64,000 nucleotides of DNA. It comes from Polyangiales bacterium (GTDB lineage Bacteria > Myxococcota_A > Polyangia > Polyangiales > Polyangiaceae). The stretch covers positions 32,001 to 96,000 of the forward strand of contig JBBRNJ010000008.1 of the NCBI GenBank assembly GCA_038230375.1. Direction: 5' to 3'. Position numbers and translations under genes: made by a program. The first letter of the stretch is position 1; every line of letters starts with the position of its first letter. The notes under the pieces were generated by a model. It was not told where the DNA came from and did no database searches. It saw only the letters and a program-made list of their open reading frames with translations. Positions 17,930 through 26,873 of this stretch are shown here, in pieces.

Positions 17930-19381
17930 TCACCCGCGCGAGACGTAGACCCACAGGCAGGCATGCTTGCGGTCGAGGCGCTCCGGTCGGCACAGCTTGC
18001 GGCCGCGCGGGAGCTCGACGTTCGGGCCTCCGAAGGAGATCTCGTTGGTGACGTACGTGACCTTCGGCAGGTGCTGCATCGCGCCCTCCGCCAATGCCAC
18101 GTCGGCAAGGTTCTCTGCGTAGCCGCCGGGGACGCCCGCGGCGATGGCGAAGCGCGCGGACTCCCCCCCGAAGATGGCCGCGTCATTGGCGTTGTAGGAC
18201 AAGTCGCCCCGGACGAGCGCCACCACCTGCGCGCCCAGGGGTGGCGTTACCCTCCTGTCGAGTCCATCCTTCGCGCCGCGCGCGCCCAGGAGCAGCACGA
18301 GGAGGGTGGCGAGCGCGAGGGGACCGCGCCTTCGAGCAACGCCGGCGGGGAGGCGCCGCCATGGTGTCGCGACGCCTACGCCCGCGGCGACGCATCCGGC
18401 GTACACGATGGGGACCACATGGCGCGGCGACTCGATGACGTTCTGGAACAACAGGACGAAGATGCCGTACGCCAGGAGCGCGAGGGCGATCGCGGTCCTC
18501 GGGCGGAGCACGCCGTTCGCCCAGAGCGACACGAAGCGCGCGAACGAGGCCGCCGCGACGACTGCGATTGCGAGGCCCAGCACGGTGGTATCGATCCCGA
18601 GGCCATCGGCCGTGAGGTCGCGCGCGAGCGCCGCGAGGTGGCCCATGACGTCGCCGTCGTGGAGCAGCGTGTGCCCGAAGCGCTCCGCGTGGCCCTGGCT
18701 ATGTGTGGTGAGGAGGACAAAGAGCTTGCGCGGCCCGACCAGGAGCGCAAGCGGCACCGCCCAGAGCAGCACGCCGAACGCCATGCTCGCGAGCGCTCGT
18801 ACGCGGACGCGGCCCGCGACCAGCGCGACCATCCCCAGATACAGCGGCCACCAGGACAGCCGCACGCCCAGCCCGAGCCCGCACGTGAGCCCGACCCACT
18901 GCGCCGTACGGAGGTCCGCACCGCGATCCGGTCCGCGGTCCGCCGTCTCCGCCGGCTCGTCGTGTGCGAACGCCAGCGAGAGCAGCAAGAACGCGAGGCC
19001 CAGCGCCTCCGTGCCCACCTGCGACGACGAGCGGAGCACGAGTGAGCCGAGCGCGCCCGCCGTTGCGCCGGCGAGGGCAGGGCTGCGCCCGACGCGCGGG
19101 GCCAGCATCTGAAACGTGCAATATGCACATATTGCGGCGGAGACGGCCGAGACGAGCGCGCCACCGAGCGCGGCATCGCCTACCAGGAACGCCGCGGCGC
19201 GGAGCATGAGGACGTAGACCGGATACCCTGGTGGGTGAGGGGAGAACGCGGCCAGATCGTAGGTGGTCACGGACGACACGAAGCCGAGCCCGTCCCAGTC
19301 CTCCGCGATCGGAGCGTGCACCACCATCGCGACGACCAGGACCCCCGCGCCGAGCGCCACCCCCGTTCTTCTCTCGCTCAC
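17930..19381 (-). CDS. polytopic membrane GT-C-type glycosyltransferase (DUF2723-like)
   Basis: DWD after first TM, HPPGYPVY motif, many TM segments; GTG start 1 nt after the GNAT stop. Confidence 0.7.
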   Translation of the reverse strand: MSERRTGVALGAGVLVVAMVVHAPIAEDWDGLGFVSSVTTYDLAAFSPHPPGYPVYVLMLRAAAFLVGDAALGGALVSAVSAAICAYCTFQMLAPRVGRSPALAGATAGALGSLVLRSSSQVGTEALGLAFLLLSLAFAHDEPAETADRGPDRGADLRTAQWVGLTCGLGLGVRLSWWPLYLGMVALVAGRVRVRALASMAFGVLLWAVPLALLVGPRKLFVLLTTHSQGHAERFGHTLLHDGDVMGHLAALARDLTADGLGIDTTVLGLAIAVVAAASFARFVSLWANGVLRPRTAIALALLAYGIFVLLFQNVIESPRHVVPIVYAGCVAAGVGVATPWRRLPAGVARRRGPLALATLLVLLLGARGAKDGLDRRVTPPLGAQVVALVRGDLSYNANDAAIFGGESARFAIAAGVPGGYAENLADVALAEGAMQHLPKVTYVTNEISFGGPNVELPRGRKLCRPERLDRKHACLWVYVSRG

Positions 19382-19382
19382 G

Positions 19383-19916
19383 CTACGTGCGCCGCTCGAA
19401 CACGCTGATCTCGCCGAGCGCCGCGTGCTCCTCGGTGCCGGCGCACGTGAAGCCGGATTTCTCGAGCACGCGGATGCTCGCGCGATGCCACGGCGGCGTG
19501 GTCGCGCGGACAAGACGGACGCCAGGCTGCGCGAGCGCCCAGTCCACGGAGGCGCGCGTTCCCTCCGTTGCGATGCCGAGCCCCTGCGACTCCGCCTCCA
19601 CGCCGTAGCCGACCTCCGCGACGCCGTCCTCACCTGGTTGGCCGTGGAAGATCACGCTGCCGATGATCCTGCGCGGTCCCTCGCGCATGATCATGAGGCG
19701 GTCACCCCAGAGGCGCACATCCGGGTTCTCGCGGATGCGATCGAGCGACGCGCTGAACGCACGCTCCACCAGCGCGCGGCCGGGCCACGCCTCCGGGACG
19801 CTCGCCTCCACGACGCGCTCCACGTGGGCGCGATCACCGGTGAACACCGCCTCGACGATCTCGAGCGTGATCGGCACGAGCGTGAGCCTTGGCGTGAGGA
19901 GCGCAGAATCAGGCAC
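19383..19916 (-). CDS. GNAT N-acetyltransferase (RimJ/RimL type)
   Basis: TPRLTL, AEVGYGV, QGLGIATE, ASIRVLEKSGF. Confidence 0.9.
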   Translation of the reverse strand: MPDSALLTPRLTLVPITLEIVEAVFTGDRAHVERVVEASVPEAWPGRALVERAFSASLDRIRENPDVRLWGDRLMIMREGPRRIIGSVIFHGQPGEDGVAEVGYGVEAESQGLGIATEGTRASVDWALAQPGVRLVRATTPPWHRASIRVLEKSGFTCAGTEEHAALGEISVFERRT

Positions 19917-19971
19917 GGCCCCATCGTATCCCCAGTCCAACCGACTTCCAGCGCCCGAAGTGAGAGCCCAG

Positions 19972-20016
19972 TTGACGCACCGCGCGGCGTGCTCTAGAAA
20001 TTACTTCGCATGCGAA
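19972..20016 (+). promoter_or_regulatory. sigma70-like promoter plus palindromic operator
   Basis: TTGACG (19972-77), 17 bp, TAGAAA (19995-20000), then perfect palindrome TTCGCATGCGAA (20005-16). Confidence 0.6.
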
Positions 20017-20078
20017 ACATTGCGACGGCAAAGACCCCGCGCGGCCCTGGCGCGAACGCATCCGAAGGGAGAAGCACC

Positions 20079-20549
20079 TTGCCCCTAGAGCCCGAGCTCC
20101 GCGACGACGTCGGCCAGATCATCGAGACCATCATCTACCTCTACACGGAGAGCCGCCGCATCACGAAGGAGCTCGCCAAGCGCGCGCAGCTCACGGGGCC
20201 GCAGCTCACGGTGGTGAAGATCCTCGAGACCATCGGGGAGCTCTCGCTCACCGAGCTGTCCGAGAAGATCCGCGCGCAGAACAGCACCGTCACCGGCATC
20301 ATCGACCGCATGGAGCGCGAGGATCTGGTGGTGCGCGAGCGCAGCACCGAAGACCGCCGCGTGGTGAAGATTCGCCTCACGCAGAAGGGCGTGGAGCTTG
20401 CGCGCGACGTGCCGGTGGAGCCCATGGTCATCTTCCGCAGCGCCCTCGAGGCGCTCAGCAAGGACGAGATGCAGGACCTCCTCAAGATTCTTCTCAAGGT
20501 GTCGCGAAAGGTCAAATCGATCGTACGCAAGGAAGTGAGTCAGCCATGA
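20079..20549 (+). CDS. MarR family transcriptional regulator
   Basis: LTGPQL, STVTGIIDRME, DRRVVKIRLT; TTG start after AAGGGAG. Confidence 0.92.
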   Translation: MPLEPELRDDVGQIIETIIYLYTESRRITKELAKRAQLTGPQLTVVKILETIGELSLTELSEKIRAQNSTVTGIIDRMEREDLVVRERSTEDRRVVKIRLTQKGVELARDVPVEPMVIFRSALEALSKDEMQDLLKILLKVSRKVKSIVRKEVSQP

Positions 20550-21484
20550 GCGAAGAGAACAAGCCGAACCCCAGCACCGGTCGCGATCCGGACCTCTGCG
20601 TGATCACCTGCGCCGTCACGGGCGTGCTCGCGAACCGCAAGCAGTGTCCGGGCATCCCGTACACGCCGGTGGAGATCGCCGAGGAGGCAAAGCGCGCGTA
20701 TGACGCCGGCGCCAGCGTGCTCCACATCCATGCGCGCCAGGACGACGGCACGCCCACGTTTGCGCCGGCGACGTTCGCGAAGATCAAGGAAGAGATCCAG
20801 AAGCGCTGCCCGATCATCCTGAACTTCTCCACGGGCACCATCCTGGAAGACGTCACCGAGCAGTGCGCGTACATCAAGGAGTGCCGGCCCAGCATCGCCG
20901 CGCTCAACATGGGTACGATGAACTATTCGAAGTACTCCGAGACCCGGAAGAACTTCGTGTTCGACATGGTGTTCCCGAACACGTACGGGAAGATCATCAA
21001 GATGCTCGAGGCCATGAACGAGGCCGGCGTGAAGCCGGAGCTCGAGTGCTTTGACACCGGCCACACGCACGGCATCTGGCCGCTGCTCGACATGGGCATC
21101 CTGAAGAAGCCGCTGCAGTTCTCGTTCATCATGAACGTGCTCGGCGGCATTCCCCCGCACGTCGAGAGCCTGCAGCTGCAGACCAAGATCATGCCTCCCG
21201 GCAGCGAATGGGAGGTCATCGGCATCTCGAAGTGTGGCTGGCGCATGATCGCCTCTGCGCTGGTGCTCGGCGGCAACATCCGTGCGGGCCTCGAGGACAA
21301 CCTCTACCTGCCCGACGGCAAGATGGCGCGCGGCAACGGCGACCTCATCGACGTGTGCGCGCGTCTCGTACGCGACACTGGCCGCAAGGTCGCCACGGTC
21401 GAGGAGGCCCGCAAGATCCTCAGCCTGGACCAGTTCCAGCCTGCAAAGGCCCAGGCCGCGCCCGCCGCGCAACCCGCGAACTGA
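20546..21484 (+). CDS. beta-keto acid cleavage enzyme (BKACE/Kce, DUF849)
   Basis: ITCAVTG, PYTP, LHIHAR, NFSTG, KPELECFD, RAGLEDN; ATGA-coupled to marR. Confidence 0.92.
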   Translation: MSEENKPNPSTGRDPDLCVITCAVTGVLANRKQCPGIPYTPVEIAEEAKRAYDAGASVLHIHARQDDGTPTFAPATFAKIKEEIQKRCPIILNFSTGTILEDVTEQCAYIKECRPSIAALNMGTMNYSKYSETRKNFVFDMVFPNTYGKIIKMLEAMNEAGVKPELECFDTGHTHGIWPLLDMGILKKPLQFSFIMNVLGGIPPHVESLQLQTKIMPPGSEWEVIGISKCGWRMIASALVLGGNIRAGLEDNLYLPDGKMARGNGDLIDVCARLVRDTGRKVATVEEARKILSLDQFQPAKAQAAPAAQPAN

Positions 21485-21492
21485 GAGGAGCC

Positions 21493-22281
21493 ATGACCGC
21501 CCGCGCGTACTCGAAGATCAAGGTCGCGACCCACGAGACCGTCCACACGATCACGCTGCACAACCCTGCGCGCAAGAACGCGATAGGCCCGCAGATGATA
21601 AACGAGCTCCTCTTCGCATTCGCCGACGCGCACGAGGACGCGGCCGTGCGCACCATCATCCTCACCGGGGAAGGCCACGCATTCTGCGCCGGCGGGGACT
21701 TCGCGCAGATGACCTCTGGCCCGGACTCGGAGGAGCTTCCGCCCAGTGGTGACTACACCGATCTCATGGTCGCGATGGTGCGGTCGGAGAAGCCGATCAT
21801 CGCCCGCGTCAACGGCGTCGCCATGGGCGGCGGCCTTGGCCTGATCGCCGCGAGCACGTTCGCCGTCGCGCAGAGCGACGCGATCCTGGGCACGCCGGAG
21901 ATCAACGTCGGGCTCTTCCCGATGATGATCATGGCGGTGCTCGCGAGAGTGGTGCCGAAGCGACGTCTGCTCGAGATGATGCTCTTCGGCGAGAAGATGT
22001 CGGCGGACGAGGCCCTTGCCGCAGGCCTTCTGAACAAGGTCGTCCCGGCGGAGTCGCTGGACGCGGTCATCCACGCCGACTACTGCGCGAAGATCGCGAA
22101 GAAGAGCCCAGCCATCATCGGGCTCGGGCTCCGCGCATTCGCGAAGCAAGCGGATCTGTCGCTCGAAGACGCGCTGCCGCTCCTTCGAACCGAGCTCGGA
22201 AACTGCCTCGCCACGGACGACGCACGCGAAGGCCTCATGGCGTTCCTCGAGAAGCGCCCGCCTCACTGGAAAGGGAAGTAG
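21493..22281 (+). CDS. enoyl-CoA hydratase/isomerase (crotonase) family
   Basis: KNAI, AFCAGGD, KPIIARVNG, GGGLGL, PEINVG, EGLMAFLEKR; GAGGAG RBS. Confidence 0.92.
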   Translation: MTARAYSKIKVATHETVHTITLHNPARKNAIGPQMINELLFAFADAHEDAAVRTIILTGEGHAFCAGGDFAQMTSGPDSEELPPSGDYTDLMVAMVRSEKPIIARVNGVAMGGGLGLIAASTFAVAQSDAILGTPEINVGLFPMMIMAVLARVVPKRRLLEMMLFGEKMSADEALAAGLLNKVVPAESLDAVIHADYCAKIAKKSPAIIGLGLRAFAKQADLSLEDALPLLRTELGNCLATDDAREGLMAFLEKRPPHWKGK

Positions 22282-22289
22282 GAACGTTC

Positions 22290-23861
22290 ATGCCGAACAT
22301 GAGAGAGCTCGTCAAAGACCTCGAGGCGCGCCAGAAGAAGGTGCGCGAGATGGGCGGCCCGGACAAGGTCGAGAAGCAGCACTCCCGCGGCAAGCTGACT
22401 GCACGCGAGCGCTTCGCGAAGTTCTTCGACGACGGCGTCTTCTTCGAGATCGGCCTGCATGGCACGCAGATGGGCATGTCGGCAGGCCCCGGCGGCGACG
22501 ACAAGCCGGCCGCGGACGGCGTGATCACGGGCTTTGGCAAGGTCGACGGCCGCATGGTCTGCGCTGCTGCGTACGACTTCACTGTCAAAGGTGGCAGCAT
22601 CGGTCAGACGGGCGAAGAGAAGGTCACACGCCTTCGCCAGATGGCGCTGCGCGGTCGCTGGCCCATCACGTGGTTCATCGACTCGGGTGGCGCGCGCATC
22701 GATCCCGGCTCTTCACACCCGGACATGCTGTCGCTCTTCGCGGGCTCCGGACATCTGTTCCGCGAGCAGGTCACCATGAGCGGCGTAGTGCCGCAGGTCG
22801 CCGCGATGGTCGGCCCCGGCGCCGCCGGCACCGCGTACATTCCAGGCCTCGCCGACTATGTGCCCATGGTGAAGAACGTTGGCTCGCTCGCGCTCGGCGG
22901 GCCTGCGCTGGTGAAGGCCGTCACGGGTCAGGAGATCGGCGAGCAAGAGCTCGGCGGCTCCAAGGTCCACTCGGAGACCTCCGGTGTCGGCGACGGCGAG
23001 TTCGAGACCGACGAGGCCTGCATCCAGGCCGTGAAGAAGTACCTCTCGTACTTCCCGTCCAACTGCGACGAGCTCCCGCCCGACCTCCCCGTCACCGACC
23101 CGATCGATCGCCGCGAAGAGCTGCTCCTGGATCTACTCCCCGAGACCACGCGCAAGCCGTACGACATGTACAAACTGATCCGCGCAGTCGTCGACCACGG
23201 CGATCTGCTCGACATCAAGCCGCGGTTCGCGAAGAGTGTCATCACCTGCTTCGCGCGGGTCGGCGGGAAATCCGTGGGGATCGTGGCCAATCAGCCGAAC
23301 TGGCTCGGCGGCATCCTGGACGTGGACTCGGCCGACAAGGCCGCCCGCTTCATCCAGGTCTGCGACGCGTTCAACGTGCCGCTCGTGTTCTTCCAGGATG
23401 TGCCGGGCTTCATGGTCGGCTCCAAGGTCGAGCACGCGGGCATCATCCGCCACGGCGCGAAGATGTTGCACGTGATGAGCGCCGCCACCGTGCCCAAGCT
23501 CACCGTCGTGGTGCGCAAGGCGTACGGCGCCGGCTACTACGTGATGTGCGGCCGTGCTTACGAACCCGATCTCATCGTCGGCTGGCCCGGCTCCGAGATC
23601 AGCGTGATGGGCGCCGAGGGCATGGTCGGCATCGCCGCCAAGAAGCTCTTCCCCGGAGGCGACCCTCCGCCCGAGGTGAAGAAGGGCATCGTCGACATGA
23701 TCCAGAAGAACATCGACGTCTACAAGGTCGCGGGCTGGGGCCTCATCGACGAGGTGATCGACCCAAGGGACACCCGCCGAGTCCTTGCGTGGGGTCTGGA
23801 GCTCTCACGCCACAAGAAGGTCGAAAGGCCGGAAAAAAGGCGCGGAATCATCCCGGTCTAG
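22290..23861 (+). CDS. acyl-CoA carboxylase carboxyltransferase (beta) subunit
   Basis: GKLTARER, DFTVKGGS, DSGGARI, DVPGFMVG, RKAYGAG. Confidence 0.93.
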   Translation: MPNMRELVKDLEARQKKVREMGGPDKVEKQHSRGKLTARERFAKFFDDGVFFEIGLHGTQMGMSAGPGGDDKPAADGVITGFGKVDGRMVCAAAYDFTVKGGSIGQTGEEKVTRLRQMALRGRWPITWFIDSGGARIDPGSSHPDMLSLFAGSGHLFREQVTMSGVVPQVAAMVGPGAAGTAYIPGLADYVPMVKNVGSLALGGPALVKAVTGQEIGEQELGGSKVHSETSGVGDGEFETDEACIQAVKKYLSYFPSNCDELPPDLPVTDPIDRREELLLDLLPETTRKPYDMYKLIRAVVDHGDLLDIKPRFAKSVITCFARVGGKSVGIVANQPNWLGGILDVDSADKAARFIQVCDAFNVPLVFFQDVPGFMVGSKVEHAGIIRHGAKMLHVMSAATVPKLTVVVRKAYGAGYYVMCGRAYEPDLIVGWPGSEISVMGAEGMVGIAAKKLFPGGDPPPEVKKGIVDMIQKNIDVYKVAGWGLIDEVIDPRDTRRVLAWGLELSRHKKVERPEKRRGIIPV

Positions 23862-26707
23862 CCAGCAGCGAGCCGCATACTGGCTCTCGCCGCAGGCGTA
23901 TCCGTGACGATCACCACGGGCCGTCCCTTGTAGGGTCCGGTCTCCGATCTCCGGATCGACAGCTCCATGTTCTCGTGGTGGATGAGCGACGCCACCGCGC
24001 GATCCGACGCCAGTGAAGCTGACAGCACTATCCCTGCGGGCGGCGCATCCAGCAGCAGCGCTGCGCCGCGGTGCAAGGTCTGCCCGAAGTACTCCGCCTT
24101 GTCGCCGCGGGTGAGCGCCACGCACTTGCCCTCGTGACAGGCGATCTGGATCTTGTCTCCCAGCCCCGCGGCCCGCACCGCACGCGCGAGCGAGATGGCC
24201 GCACGAGTCGCCCGCGTCCCCGACGGGAACGCCGCCACGATGAGGTCGAGCGATGCGGGGACCAGCGAGCCCTCTTCCTCTGCGACGGCCTTCTGCACGG
24301 CCTCGTCCAGGCGCGTGAACGCCTCGACCGCGCGCATGTCACCGAGCTCCTGATACATCGCGTCGCGCCCGCTCATGCTGGCGAAAAGGAACGCCATGCG
24401 GCTCACCGAGAGGTGCTGCCCATACGCGAGCAGGTCGCCCGCGAACAGCTCGCGGAAGGTGGGATGGGTCATCGCGGACGACGCGGGCACGCCGTCCTCG
24501 CGCGCGCCCGGAATCTCGAGGCGCATGGTCTGCTCGTACTCCGAGTCGTTCACCAGGGTGAGCGTGACCTGACCAGCGCGCACGATGCTGGGCCGGCCTT
24601 CGACGCGCTCACCGATGATCACGAGCGCGCTCGACTCGTAGCCCGCCGCGCTCGCCGTCAGCTCCCAGCCGGATGCCACCGTGGTTCCCGTCACGCGATA
24701 TGTGCCGCGCGGCACGTCAACCTGCACCGTGCGCATCTCGCCGGGGTAGAGGATCTGCTGGACCAGCACGTGTGGTCGAAGCGCGGGCGCGCCTGCACAG
24801 TAAGTCTCCTTGTGGGTCGGGCGAACGCGGGGGTGCGGGCGGAACACCAGCTCCACCGACTCTGCAAGGTCGCGCTCGTACGAGCTCGCGCATGCCTTGC
24901 AGTGTCCCACGCTCGTCAGGTGCTCGAGCGTGGTGACCGAGTCGTGTGCAAGGAGGCACTTCGGACAGATGGTGTCCCACGACGGCTCGAGCAGACCTGC
25001 GCCGGCTGCGTGCAGGCAGAGGTCGAGCATCTCGTGTCGGTTCTCGTGCCACGCGTCAGCGAGCTCGAATGGACGTATGCGCGCAAGCGCCTGCGCGGGC
25101 GCTGCGAGCAGGTGCTCCGCCAGGCGCACCCCGAGAGCCTCCTTTGCGCCGAGCTCGCGCGTGATGCGCAGGAGCGCCTCCGTGAGGTGGCGGCGATCCT
25201 CGTCCTTCGGTACGTGTGGCGCCTCGAACGGGTCCTCGTCCTTGCCGCTCTGGAGCACCATATCCAGGTGACGGTAGCTGCGGTCGATGCCGCGCGCTGC
25301 CTTCTGGTTGATCTCGAAGAACGCGGCGACCTGTCCAAGGATGCCACGCGGAAGGATCCAGATCTCGTGCGTGAGCAGCGTGCCGCCACCGCTCTCCTCG
25401 GACGCTTGCTCGAGCATGACACGGTTCCACAGCGCAGAGATGGGGCCGCTGCGGTACCAGCGGAATACGCTGTGCTCCTTGTTCTTCACCCACTCGAACG
25501 GAAACTCTTGCCACTCGATCGCCATGCCGAGCGCGCTCATGCGTCCCGTGCGCGCAGTGCCGCCCTCTGCCTTCTCGTCGTCGGTGAAGTCCACGGGCGA
25601 CAGGCCGAACGCGCGGTTCAGGCGGTCCGTGTTGGAGACGTACGGCCAGAGCTTTTCGGGCGGGGTCTTCAACGTCCACTTCCAGATGAAGTGCTTCGTC
25701 GCGTCCTCGCGCTTCGGGCGGTCCGGCGGTGGTGCGGAGCTCTTCGCACGCGGCACCCAGCCGGAGGATCGTGGCGCGACTCCGTCGAGCGAGCGACCTT
25801 CGATCACCGCGGACAGTGCTTCGTGCAGCGCGCGACCGTTGGGGAAGCGCTTCTCCATCTCCTTCTCGAGGCAGCGAAGGATGATCTCCTCGACGTCCGG
25901 ATGGACGTCCGGATTCTTCTTGCGCGGCGGCACGGGCTCTTCCGTTGCGACCGCGAGCAGCAGCTCGTTCACGCTGGGGCGCACGAACGGCCGCTCGCCC
26001 ACCAGGAGCTCGTAGAGCATGACGCCGATCGCGTAGACGTCGGTCTGCGGTCCGACCTTCGCCCCCGTGATCTGCTCGGGCGCCATGTATGGTGGAGAGC
26101 CGGCCATGAGGCCCGCGAAGAGATCCTCACCGGAGCGCGTGTTCACGGCGATGCCGAAGTCGAGCACGCGTGCGCGTCCGCTCGAGTCCACGATCACGTT
26201 CCGGGGCTTGAGATCGCGATGGATGATGCCGTTCGCGTGAGCTGCACCAGCTGCGCGCGCGATGTCCGCCGCGATACCCAGCGCTCGAGGCGGGGTCAGC
26301 GAGCCATCCGCGACGAGCGCGGCGAGGTCTGTGCCCTCCACCAGGTCCATCGCGTAGTAAGGGCGGCCTTCGAGCGTGAAGCCGACGTCGTGCACGCGCA
26401 CGATGCCAGGGTCCTGGATCTTCGCGGCCAGGTGCGCCTCCGACCAGAGCTGCGCGACCTCTTCGTCGCTCGCGCTGGAGCCGTGGACCTTCAGCGCAAC
26501 CGTGCGATCGAAGCGCTGCTCGGTGGCTTGCCACACCACGCCCATGCCGCCGCGTCCAAGGATGCGCGTGAGCTCGTACCCCGCGACGCGCGGCGCCGTC
26601 AGCGAATCGATGGGGGGGATGGGCGCGCTCGGGAGCGGCTGCGCTGACGGACTGGCAACTGTGACCACTTCCTCGGTGGCGCGCGGGAGCTTCTGCGTGT
26701 GATCCAT
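23858..26707 (-). CDS. Ser/Thr kinase fused to SRPBCC-like, DUF5939-like and degenerate class III cyclase domains
   Basis: GRGGMG, VALK, HRDLKPRN, DFG, YMAPE; LWPYVSNTDRLNR; RIRPFELADAW, CPKC...HCKAC, VELVF, YCAGAP..PHV; EYFGQT. Confidence 0.85.
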   Translation of the reverse strand: MDHTQKLPRATEEVVTVASPSAQPLPSAPIPPIDSLTAPRVAGYELTRILGRGGMGVVWQATEQRFDRTVALKVHGSSASDEEVAQLWSEAHLAAKIQDPGIVRVHDVGFTLEGRPYYAMDLVEGTDLAALVADGSLTPPRALGIAADIARAAGAAHANGIIHRDLKPRNVIVDSSGRARVLDFGIAVNTRSGEDLFAGLMAGSPPYMAPEQITGAKVGPQTDVYAIGVMLYELLVGERPFVRPSVNELLLAVATEEPVPPRKKNPDVHPDVEEIILRCLEKEMEKRFPNGRALHEALSAVIEGRSLDGVAPRSSGWVPRAKSSAPPPDRPKREDATKHFIWKWTLKTPPEKLWPYVSNTDRLNRAFGLSPVDFTDDEKAEGGTARTGRMSALGMAIEWQEFPFEWVKNKEHSVFRWYRSGPISALWNRVMLEQASEESGGGTLLTHEIWILPRGILGQVAAFFEINQKAARGIDRSYRHLDMVLQSGKDEDPFEAPHVPKDEDRRHLTEALLRITRELGAKEALGVRLAEHLLAAPAQALARIRPFELADAWHENRHEMLDLCLHAAGAGLLEPSWDTICPKCLLAHDSVTTLEHLTSVGHCKACASSYERDLAESVELVFRPHPRVRPTHKETYCAGAPALRPHVLVQQILYPGEMRTVQVDVPRGTYRVTGTTVASGWELTASAAGYESSALVIIGERVEGRPSIVRAGQVTLTLVNDSEYEQTMRLEIPGAREDGVPASSAMTHPTFRELFAGDLLAYGQHLSVSRMAFLFASMSGRDAMYQELGDMRAVEAFTRLDEAVQKAVAEEEGSLVPASLDLIVAAFPSGTRATRAAISLARAVRAAGLGDKIQIACHEGKCVALTRGDKAEYFGQTLHRGAALLLDAPPAGIVLSASLASDRAVASLIHHENMELSIRRSETGPYKGRPVVIVTDTPAARASMRLAAG

Positions 26708-26873
26708 CGCCCTCTGGATGGATAGTAGCGCCGTTCCCGGCAACCGTGCCGAGCCAAAGCCACGCCCTCTCCGCCAGGTCTACGCGCCAACACCTACATC
26801 GGTCGCATCAAAAGAAACGGGCACACTCACCGCTCTTGCGAGGGGAGGTGTGCCCGCACGAATTCGCTGGAAT

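Noticed and set aside
20010..20078. ORF-track ATG start for marR at 20010
   Set aside because: That ATG lies inside the palindrome at the predicted TSS; TTG 20079 has an RBS and gives a normal MarR length
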